Shown: positions 38,460 through 45,609 of the stretch, piece by piece
Layout: each line of letters begins with the position of its first letter
Position numbering within the stretch: position 1 is the stretch's first letter
Assembly: GCA_964436955.1 (NCBI GenBank)
Contig: CAYTFC010000005.1
Location: 1,799-65,798, forward strand
DNA from: an uncultured bacterium
Lineage (GTDB): Bacteria > Chlamydiota > Chlamydiia > Chlamydiales > JAJFMA01
Reading direction: 5' to 3'
Length of the DNA stretch: 64,000 nucleotides
Notes under the pieces: model-generated
What the model saw: the letters and a program-made list of their open reading frames with translations, nothing else
Database searches by the model: none
Told to the model about the DNA's origin: nothing
Position numbers and translations under genes: made by a program

Positions 38460-38933
38460 ATGAAAGCAATTTTATTGACCGCAACATTCGCGACCTTGGC
38501 GATTGCTGGCTATGAAGAACCTCAATTCAACCAAGAAGAAACTTTTGTTGCCCTATTCTGCGAAGAAGAAGCCGTCTTTGCTGCTCTGAATGATGAAACT
38601 GAAGAAACATTCAACGAAGAGACTCTTATTGCTAACGAAGAAGAAACCTTCAATGATGCCGAATCCTTCAACGAAGAAGAAACTCTTCTAGCCAACGAAG
38701 AAGAACTTTGTGGCGAAACAGAAGAGACACTTCTTGCTAACGAAGAAGAGACCTTGAGCGAAGAAGAAGAAACGCTTCTCGCAAACGAAGAAGAACTATG
38801 CGAAGAAACAGAAGAAACTCTTCTTGCTAACGAAGAAGAGCTATGCAACGACGAAGAAGGTCTACTCGCTGTTACAGCAACTTACCCTGATCAGCGCGAG
38901 CTAAACAACACTGAAGAAGAAGTACTGGTTTAG
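38460..38933 (+). CDS. Secreted, highly acidic tandem-repeat protein (hypothetical)
   Basis: Signal peptide MKAILLTATFATLAIAG. Roughly five 15-aa units follow, of the form EETLLANEEELC(G/E)ETE. GGAGAAGGA RBS. Confidence 0.65.
   Translation: MKAILLTATFATLAIAGYEEPQFNQEETFVALFCEEEAVFAALNDETEETFNEETLIANEEETFNDAESFNEEETLLANEEELCGETEETLLANEEETLSEEEETLLANEEELCEETEETLLANEEELCNDEEGLLAVTATYPDQRELNNTEEEVLV
38595..38867 (+). repeat. In-frame tandem repeat of about 45 bp inside the acidic protein gene
   Basis: Repeated gaagaaac(t/g)cttct(t/c)gc(t/a)aacgaagaagaa... units encode ETLLANEE five times, plus one ETLIANEE variant. Confidence 0.85.
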
Positions 38934-38941
38934 GACGTCGA

Positions 38942-39268
38942 ATGAATCGATTTAAAGCCGGTTTGGTGCCCCTAATCTATGGGGTGCTAGTACTCGTAGG
39001 GGGGGTGATAGGATATCAGAAGGTGCAAAGCCTTCCGTCCTTGATCTCTGGCCTAGTATTCGGGATCGCTTTGCTTACAGCGGCCTTTGGAACGTGGCGC
39101 GGATTCATATCCGCCCACTACACAGCAATTGCTTTGACCATAGTGCTGACGCTCTTCTTTCATTATAGATTTGTCGTCACACAAACCTTCATGCCCGCCG
39201 GTATGATGGCAATTGTGAGTATCTTAGCCCTTATCGGCATGTTCATTTGGCGACCAGTGTCGCGTTAA
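38942..39268 (+). CDS. TMEM14 / UPF0136 (Tmemb_14) family membrane protein
   Basis: 108 aa with 4 TM segments. YGVLVLVGGVIGYQKVQSLPSLISGLVFG and RFVVTQTFMPAGMMA closely parallel the GGIIGY-K-x-GS-x-PSL and KFMPAG motifs I recall from human TMEM14C. Confidence 0.7.
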   Translation: MNRFKAGLVPLIYGVLVLVGGVIGYQKVQSLPSLISGLVFGIALLTAAFGTWRGFISAHYTAIALTIVLTLFFHYRFVVTQTFMPAGMMAIVSILALIGMFIWRPVSR

Positions 39269-39275
39269 TGAAAAA

Positions 39276-39311
39276 GGCTTTTCGTGTGATCCACGAAAAG
39301 CCTTTTTTTTT
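39276..39311 (+). terminator. Rho-independent terminator after the TMEM14-like gene
   Basis: Stem ggcttttcgtg / cacgaaaagcc with a 5-nt loop, followed by a run of 9 T. An A-run upstream could allow bidirectional function. Confidence 0.8.
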
Positions 39312-39403
39312 GTCTTAATCAAACTCTCTTAAACCCTCTCTCTATCCCGCCGCCCAATGTCATCCACTTAAAGGACCAATAATGAGTTCTGCAAAACTAA
39401 AAA

Positions 39404-39439
39404 GGGACCAAATGAAACCCCGTTCGTCCTTTTGGTCCC
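39404..39439. repeat. Family D hairpin element (D2)
   Basis: gggaccaaa...gtccttttggtccc. The right arm is the exact reverse complement of the D1 left arm GGGACCAAAAGGAC. Confidence 0.6.
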
Positions 39440-39447
39440 TTGTCCCT

Positions 39448-40947
39448 TTAGGCGAACTCAACGCGTGCGGAAGCTGCAGCCGATTCCAAGACCGAACGAC
39501 GACTTAACCCATACGCCGAAACCAATGCCACAGCAAACCATCCCCATCGCACAGCCGTTCCTAACGTGTATCCACCAAGCATTTCTTCGTGCAAAGACCC
39601 TAGGAAAATTAAGCTCAGTAGTGTCACTAGAAACACTCCCAAAGCCTCGGTAAAGCGTGCATTAGGCAATCCGATTTGAGTAGTGATCTCTTCGCGAATA
39701 CCACGGACAAGAAAGAAAAAAACGATGATCTCCACAATCCCCGCGAACAGCATCACATAACCTAATACCATAGGCGCCAGAGCTCCTAAAATATGCTGTC
39801 CATTGCCTGTACAGAAAAACAATGCGCCCGTCAACATCACAGCCAATGTGATCGTTACAGCTTTCTTTCGAGAAAAGCCATACTCAACTTCTACGTTACC
39901 AGCGATACTCTCAGCAATAGAAAATACCCCTGTAACTCCTGCCACGAAAAGGCTAAAAAAGAATATTGTCCCTAAAATTGGAGTAACCCAAGGCCCCATT
40001 GCTTGTAAAACCTGTGGGAACACAATGAACCCAAGTTCAAATGTAGAACTCGTCTTAATCAACTCTTCAAAGGGAACTCCAGACCCCTCACTCAAAAATC
40101 CCAAGCAAGCAAAAATAACCACACCAGCCAACGAAGAGATGGTCAAGTCTCCCACAACCACCCAGCGCATCGCCCGGCCTACATTAATGTTCTCGCTATT
40201 ATAGCGTGCATAGCCTGTGATAATACCCAGGCCCAAGGATAGGCTAAAGAACAAGTGCCCAAAAGCATCACGCCAAATAGAAAACTCACTCAAACGGCTA
40301 AAGTCGGGAACCAAATAATAGTACAAGCCCGTCATAGCGCCTGGAAGAAATAAGGTAACGCCTGCGAAGAGGATCACCAATCCAACCATCATCGGCATGA
40401 AAATGGAGCAAATGCGCTCCACCCCAGATTGTATATTCTGTATTAATACGCGCCAGCTAATCGCGATCACCGCCACCGTCGCAATAACGATGGGCCAGCA
40501 AACTCCTCCCCATTCATTTAATGATCCACTATCTCTTAGAAAATCTGTCTTGAAGAAAGTCGCTGTATCCACAGGAATTTCATTCATCACCGAAAAATAA
40601 GAATAGGCAACGGTATATCCCGTCAAAACCGCATAGAAGGCGCCAATAGTCAAGCAGGTAATAATCGAAAGCCATCCCAAAACGCGTCCTACACTACCAA
40701 CCGACGTTCCATATGCGGATACTGTCGGTAAACGATAACGCTGACCAATAACTGCCTCAAGCACTAACAACGGGATTCCAAGGAAGAGGTAGGCACAAAG
40801 TAATGGGATCAGAAAGGCGCCCCCGCCATTGCGATAGCACTGCGCGCTAAAACTTAAAATGTTCGCAAACCCAATCGCTGATCCCAATACAGACCAAATA
40901 AACCCTGACTCTTTTGCCCAGGAATTAGCCGTACTACTTGACGACAT
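39448..40947 (-). CDS. Sodium-dependent transporter, neurotransmitter:sodium symporter (NSS/SNF) family
   Basis: 499 aa, about 12 TM segments. GFANILSFSAQCYRNGGGAFLIPLL matches the NSS TM1 motif (NGGGAFL). Confidence 0.85.
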   Translation of the reverse strand: MSSSSTANSWAKESGFIWSVLGSAIGFANILSFSAQCYRNGGGAFLIPLLCAYLFLGIPLLVLEAVIGQRYRLPTVSAYGTSVGSVGRVLGWLSIITCLTIGAFYAVLTGYTVAYSYFSVMNEIPVDTATFFKTDFLRDSGSLNEWGGVCWPIVIATVAVIAISWRVLIQNIQSGVERICSIFMPMMVGLVILFAGVTLFLPGAMTGLYYYLVPDFSRLSEFSIWRDAFGHLFFSLSLGLGIITGYARYNSENINVGRAMRWVVVGDLTISSLAGVVIFACLGFLSEGSGVPFEELIKTSSTFELGFIVFPQVLQAMGPWVTPILGTIFFFSLFVAGVTGVFSIAESIAGNVEVEYGFSRKKAVTITLAVMLTGALFFCTGNGQHILGALAPMVLGYVMLFAGIVEIIVFFFLVRGIREEITTQIGLPNARFTEALGVFLVTLLSLIFLGSLHEEMLGGYTLGTAVRWGWFAVALVSAYGLSRRSVLESAAASARVEFA

Positions 40948-41072
40948 TTGTTACCTCAATAGTGAAATAAAGTAATCGAACCTTACATACCAATTAATGG
41001 ACAAGATTATATCACGATTTAATGTAAATTTCAATATTAATTTTAGAATCACACTCGTGACTGCTGGTCTAC

Positions 41073-41120
41073 GTGACATGTTCTGTTATACGTTGTAGCA
41101 GCGCTTCGCCGAACCGGCAT
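41073..41120. repeat. Family A REP-like element, reverse orientation, partial (A5)
   Basis: gtgacatgttctgttatacgttgtagcagcgcttcgccgaaccggcat. Its reverse complement aligns with atgccgcttcggcgaagcggcgctacaacgtgtaacaaaacatgt. Confidence 0.75.
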
Positions 41121-41314
41121 AGAACGGTTTATTTATTTTGACGGCATTGCTGCGATCTCTGACCTCTAAACCGATTTACCCATTAAAAAATGTGGCTTCT
41201 GTTCGTCTTGTGAGTGGCTTTTTTCGGTTATTTTCATATTCGTGATAATACCGCTTGTTGTAAATCAAGAACACATGTTAAGGTGTAGGTGTTTTCAGGA
41301 CAGACCTATCTTAT

Positions 41315-41387
41315 CGCGGGGTGGAGCAGGGGTTAGCTCGTTGGGCTCATAACCCAAAGGTCGGAGGTTCGAATCCTCCCCCCGCTA
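41315..41387 (+). tRNA. Initiator tRNA-fMet (anticodon CAT)
   Basis: cgcggggtggagcaggggttagctcgttgggctCATaacccaaaggtcggaggttcgaatcctccccccgcta folds as a cloverleaf. It has a C1 x T72 mismatch and three G:C pairs closing the anticodon stem, and is close to the E. coli tRNA-fMet sequence. No encoded CCA. Confidence 0.92.
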
Positions 41388-41400
41388 TTTTCTCTCTTCT

Positions 41401-41474
<74 letters not shown>

Positions 41475-41580
41475 GAGCTTTTTCCCACTAGTTAAAATTA
41501 CACTAATCAAGACAACCCACGAACACTGTCTATTTAACAATCACATAAGTGGGACTGTTTCGTTTACATGAACCTTTGTT

Positions 41581-41612
41581 ATGCCGCTTCGGCGAAGCGG
41601 CGCTACAACATG
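41581..41612. repeat. Family A REP-like element, half copy (A2), overlapping the 3' end of waaA
   Basis: atgccgcttcggcgaagcggcgctacaacatgtaaccgat. The waaA stop codon (41603-41605) and its last four codons (GYML) lie inside it. Confidence 0.8.
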
Positions 41613-42880
41613 TAACCGATAACGTTTACTGTACGAGCGATTGCCCCCCGATTGGCTGTAATAAATGCTTCACCAGCTTGGCCCAATTGTGCTCTCAAAG
41701 CCGTATCCGAAAACAAGTTGGATAAAGCTATGGACAACTCGTCCGGTGCAACCTTCAAACCAGCACCTGCCTGCAGCATCAGCCTTTCTAGTTCCGGCTG
41801 TGCATGCATATGTGGTCCAAATATCACGGGAACAGCATAATGACAGGGCTCCAAAATATTATGTCCACCCACACGAGATGTAAAACTTCCTGCCACAATC
41901 GCCACATCAGACAACTGATAGCATTCCTTTAACACTCCCATGGCATCTACTAAAACTACACGACTATCTCCACGACTTGGAATCGTATCGCTGTAGCGAC
42001 AAAATGGAATGCCTTCGCTGACTAGCAGTCTAGCTACTTCGTCAAAACGCTCAGGATGCCTTGGCACAAGCAAAAGTTTCATTTGAGGATGTTTTACCCA
42101 AATTTCTCTGCATGTTTGTAGAAATAAGCGCTCCTCAGGATCATGGGTTGAACCGGCAGTGATAATAACTTGTCCAGCCTTCAAACCCATTCGTTCTCTT
42201 AAGTGGTTTAACTCTTCAGGAGAGTTCCTGGGAAGCGTTGCATCGAATTTTAAGTTTCCCGTGACAGTAATTTTGTTTGAGGCAACCCCTACAGACTCAA
42301 AACGGCTGCGATATTCCTCGCTTTGCGCACATACAGCATCAAATAGGCCAAAAAGCTTATGCGAGAAAAAAGAAAGTTTGCAGAAGCGCTGAGTTGAGCG
42401 CTCAGACAGCTTCCCATTCACAACTATTAGCCTTGAGCCTGCCTCGTTTGCCGCACTTAAAAAGTTAAACCAGTAATCAGTCTCTGTGACGATGACAACG
42501 TCAGGACGTATCTTAGACATCAGACGCCGCATAATCCAACTAAAGTCTAATGGCAAAAATAGGTGCTGAGTGGCGAAGGGCATGGTTCGACCTGCTTCTG
42601 CATGACCTGTGGCTGTAATCGAGGACACCACAATGATGGGGTCATCAAGAGTCTGGCGCAGACGTTCCACCAACGGTGCCACAGCTTTGGTTTCGCCAAG
42701 CGAAACAGCGTGTACCCACACCAACTTGCGATTCCCTTTGTCGATTGGCTGAATACCTACACCGAATCGCTCCCAAACACTACCAGCCGAGCGCTTCTTC
42801 TTCCATAGTTGAACCAACACTCGCGGCAGCATCAATAGCAAACCAACGAGCAAACATAAGTCATAAAAAAAACTTAACAT
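41603..42880 (-). CDS. waaA: 3-deoxy-D-manno-octulosonic acid (Kdo) transferase
   Basis: VWVHAVSLGE motif and GT-B layout (GGHNILEP). The ATG at 42880 gives MLSFFYDLCLLVGLLLMLP, a typical N-terminal anchor. The track start at 42967 is less likely. Confidence 0.88.
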   Translation of the reverse strand: MLSFFYDLCLLVGLLLMLPRVLVQLWKKKRSAGSVWERFGVGIQPIDKGNRKLVWVHAVSLGETKAVAPLVERLRQTLDDPIIVVSSITATGHAEAGRTMPFATQHLFLPLDFSWIMRRLMSKIRPDVVIVTETDYWFNFLSAANEAGSRLIVVNGKLSERSTQRFCKLSFFSHKLFGLFDAVCAQSEEYRSRFESVGVASNKITVTGNLKFDATLPRNSPEELNHLRERMGLKAGQVIITAGSTHDPEERLFLQTCREIWVKHPQMKLLLVPRHPERFDEVARLLVSEGIPFCRYSDTIPSRGDSRVVLVDAMGVLKECYQLSDVAIVAGSFTSRVGGHNILEPCHYAVPVIFGPHMHAQPELERLMLQAGAGLKVAPDELSIALSNLFSDTALRAQLGQAGEAFITANRGAIARTVNVIGYML

Positions 42881-43006
42881 CTTTTTTGTCACGTTAACAT
42901 CCACCGTTAAAAACTTGGACCTATTGTACTCCACCGATCGCTTGACGTAAAGGAAAGGCTGCCTCATACTGACTCACCCTACTTAACTGCGCGATGTGTG
43001 TTGCCC

Positions 43007-43582
43007 ATGATTGGCCAAACTTCACCTAAATCCTACCATGAAGCCCTTAAGACTGCAGCCAACGCCTGTACATATGTACGCGATCAAGCATATGATATTG
43101 TTAACAAAACGCCTTTGGGATTAATCGTAGACCGTATCTCTGATTTTCTACGTAACAATGCTGCATTAGTTCAATGGGGGGGCGCTATTTTTTTTGCTGC
43201 CGCTGGCCCTACCTTTTTCGTTCCAGGCTTTGCAGTGGGCGTAGCTGTGGGTTCGCTGATTCCCTATGACCCTTCATCGTTTGCCGATATCGACTTCAAA
43301 GCACTGAAGCAGACTGTAAACACCATTATTTTTATCGCAGGCATGTGTATGGGTCCGGGTGCCTCGTTTTTTATTTCCGGTTACACACCAGGATTTCATA
43401 CCTATCGTGTGTGGAACGGCTACTATACCAATATTGGCCTGAAAGGTCCAAGGGCATTAGAATTCGAATTGGATAGTATGTGCTGGGAGTTGGCCCAATG
43501 GATTCCCGGCTTTAACCCTGCAGCTCACCCTCAGTTGGCTAAGATTAAGGCTAATAAGAATTTACTACTGTATCGTGCTTAG
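43007..43582 (+). CDS. Inc-like membrane protein (bilobed hydrophobic domain), paralog 1
   Basis: A soluble N-terminal region of about 55 aa precedes FLRNNAALVQWGGAIFFAAAGPTFFVPGFAVGVAVGSLIP. A second hydrophobic block is TIIFIAGMCMGPGASFFISG. The start is ambiguous (GTG 42998 or ATG 43007). Confidence 0.5.
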   Translation: MIGQTSPKSYHEALKTAANACTYVRDQAYDIVNKTPLGLIVDRISDFLRNNAALVQWGGAIFFAAAGPTFFVPGFAVGVAVGSLIPYDPSSFADIDFKALKQTVNTIIFIAGMCMGPGASFFISGYTPGFHTYRVWNGYYTNIGLKGPRALEFELDSMCWELAQWIPGFNPAAHPQLAKIKANKNLLLYRA

Positions 43583-43745
43583 ACCCTGATTGCTACCCAA
43601 TGCTGTCAACTTAAAATAAATCCTTGTTAATGCCGCTTCGGCGAAGCGGCGCTACAACGTGTAACAAAACATGTAGAGCCACTTCGCCGAAGTGGCGTGG
43701 TAAAAATGTTCTTTAAGTTGACAGCATTGGGTAGCAATCAGGGTC
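43582..43745. repeat. Composite nested palindromic element: family C arms enclosing a full family A element (A3, 43629-43700)
   Basis: Outer arms gaccctgattgctacccaatgctgtcaacttaaa and tttaagttgacagcattgggtagcaatcagggtc form a perfect 34-bp inverted repeat. The inner sequence is aatgccgcttcggcgaagcggcgctacaacgtgtaacaaaacatgtagagccacttcgccgaagtggcg. Confidence 0.9.
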
Positions 43746-43850
43746 TTAGAATGAGGATCTTTATCAATGCTTAACAACGTCTTGACTCTAGATTAATCCT
43801 CATACATTATCATTTTGAATAAAACTCAATTATCTAAGGGAGAAAGGAAC

Positions 43851-44360
43851 ATGGAACTAGTAAGAGCCACTACCGGCATATTTTTTAAAACAAGCAGTGT
43901 TTCGGATGCAGTTGACGATATCACAAATGGTGTCGGCACTCTGTATCAGATTGGTAGAGAGAAAGCTTACACAGTTGCAAAGGCGATTGGCGTTGAAAAA
44001 GGCTGTGAACGCGCTCACAACATGGTTAAAAATAACTCAGAAGTGATATTCTGGGCGGTAGCTCTTGTAAACATTTGGCAAAACGCATTGATGTTTGTTG
44101 GCGGCGTCGGCATTGGCGTAGTGCTCGGCGGAGCGGGTGAAAAAATGGGCATCATCGATAAAGCGATCCAGCTCATCAAAACCAAAGAAGCTTTGACAGG
44201 GTACAATTATCTAACTGGCGCCTTGTTCTTCGTCTTAGCAACCTGGTTGAGCTCGCTTCAAAGCGGTATCGTTGCCGGTAACTATCTAAGCGGTTCGGCT
44301 CTTGAAGAAGACAAAAAAGGCATCTTCACGCAAGTGGGGGAATTACTTCAGGGCAAATAG
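43851..44360 (+). CDS. Inc-like membrane protein, paralog 2
   Basis: The ATG at 43851 follows a GGGAGAAAGGA RBS. MVKNNSEVIFWAVALVNIWQNALMFVGGVGIGVVLGGAG parallels paralog 1 (RNNAALVQW...GFAVGVAVGS). A second hydrophobic block is LTGALFFVLATWLSSLQSGIVAG. Confidence 0.5.
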   Translation: MELVRATTGIFFKTSSVSDAVDDITNGVGTLYQIGREKAYTVAKAIGVEKGCERAHNMVKNNSEVIFWAVALVNIWQNALMFVGGVGIGVVLGGAGEKMGIIDKAIQLIKTKEALTGYNYLTGALFFVLATWLSSLQSGIVAGNYLSGSALEEDKKGIFTQVGELLQGK

Positions 44361-45288
44361 GAACATCTAGTCCGTGGCCTGGCTCTATCAGGCGAAAGCG
44401 ATCCGGCAGGATTTTGTAGCGTCTTAGGGCACTTCTTAATTCATTTGCCGGATCGTCATACCCCTCATCCGCAAGTTGAAATGTCCCGAAATGCATACCA
44501 ATACTAATAATTGGATTTAGTAATTGATGCACTTTTGCTGCATCATCAGGCGATAGATGCACGGGAGCCATGAACCAGCGCGGAGAGTACGCTCCAATTG
44601 GTAAAAGAGCTAAGCGAATATCTCCGCAATAGTCTTTGATCTGCTGAAAATGCGGGCCAAAACCAGAATCCCCAGTAAAATAGATCACTCCAGCATCCCC
44701 TTGAAATTGAATAACAAAGCCTCCCCATAGCGTTTTGTTGTGGTCCAAAAGCCCACGACGAGAAAAGTGTTGAGCTGGCACAAAAGTAATTTTTGGCCCC
44801 TTTTCAAGGACTTGTTCCTCCCACCACACGAACTCCTGAACATGCTGGATACCCTGCCGTTCCAAGAAAGTCTTATTGCCCTTACCCACCAAAAATTGGG
44901 GATTATGAGTACCTTGAAGACGCTTTAACGTGGGTAAATCGAGGTGGTCATAGTGATTATGACTGATTAACACTACGTCGATCTTGGGGAGATCTTCAAA
45001 GCGGACACCCGGATCTATCACCCTCTTTGGTCCTAGAATCCCCCACGGTCCAGCCCTCTTGGACCAAATAGGATCGGTCAAGATGTTCAATCCATTGGCT
45101 TGAATAAGAAAGGTGGAGTGGTTGATGAATGTAACTCTCAGCTGACCATCTTTAACATAATCAAAAAGGACCTTTTGGGATTCACTCGCCACATAGGTTG
45201 GCCATTCTATAGGTTTACGGTGCATCAACCAATGTAATAGATCTCGAAAACCACGCTGAGAAGCTGAAGATTGGAATTTATCATTCAT
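44326..45288 (-). CDS. MBL-fold metallo-hydrolase (NAPE-PLD / Zn-dependent hydrolase-like)
   Basis: VLISHNHYDHLD (HxHxDH) and FTGDSGF. 320 aa. Confidence 0.8.
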   Translation of the reverse strand: MNDKFQSSASQRGFRDLLHWLMHRKPIEWPTYVASESQKVLFDYVKDGQLRVTFINHSTFLIQANGLNILTDPIWSKRAGPWGILGPKRVIDPGVRFEDLPKIDVVLISHNHYDHLDLPTLKRLQGTHNPQFLVGKGNKTFLERQGIQHVQEFVWWEEQVLEKGPKITFVPAQHFSRRGLLDHNKTLWGGFVIQFQGDAGVIYFTGDSGFGPHFQQIKDYCGDIRLALLPIGAYSPRWFMAPVHLSPDDAAKVHQLLNPIISIGMHFGTFQLADEGYDDPANELRSALRRYKILPDRFRLIEPGHGLDVPICPEVIPPLA

Positions 45289-45340
45289 GCCCTATTTGTA
45301 TCGCAAAAATGAACGCTCTTGTCCAAAGGAAAACAACTTC

Positions 45341-45532
45341 TGATCCCACCAACCATCGCAATAACATCCTAAATCGTGCCCATGCCCGACTCCTAAATCC
45401 ATTCTTATCCTTATTCCTAGACGGTTAGTGGTTGATTTATTACTAATTCGGAAGGGATATTTTGTTTGTGCAAGGGCAAGGGCAGGTTCGGGCTCCATTA
45501 GGATGTTATTGGAATGGAATGTGGGGGTCGGC
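45341..45532. repeat. Family B MITE-like palindromic element (B3), about 190 bp
   Basis: Left arm tgatcccaccaaccatcgcaataacatcctaaatcgtgcccatgcccg. Right arm gcaagggcaagggcaggttcgggctccattaggatgttattggaatggaatgtgggggtcggc. It lies in the divergent region between the MBL-hydrolase gene and ugd. Confidence 0.85.
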
Positions 45533-45609
45533 ATGAATGAGAACGTCTTCACTTGAGAAGAACACGCAATTATGCCACGCTACTGACCAAATTAGATCGG
45601 AGGAGAGTC

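Noticed and set aside
38522-38848. 108-aa Ser-rich ORF antisense to the acidic repeat gene
   Set aside because: It is a mirror image of the GAA/GAG-rich repeats, since TTC/CTC codons read as Ser/Leu on the opposite strand. It has no RBS or signal, and the sense ORF has a signal peptide and an RBS.
45292-45552. 86-aa ORF on the minus strand between the MBL-hydrolase gene and ugd
   Set aside because: It lies entirely within repeat B3. Its sequence simply reflects the repeat arms, and there is no RBS.
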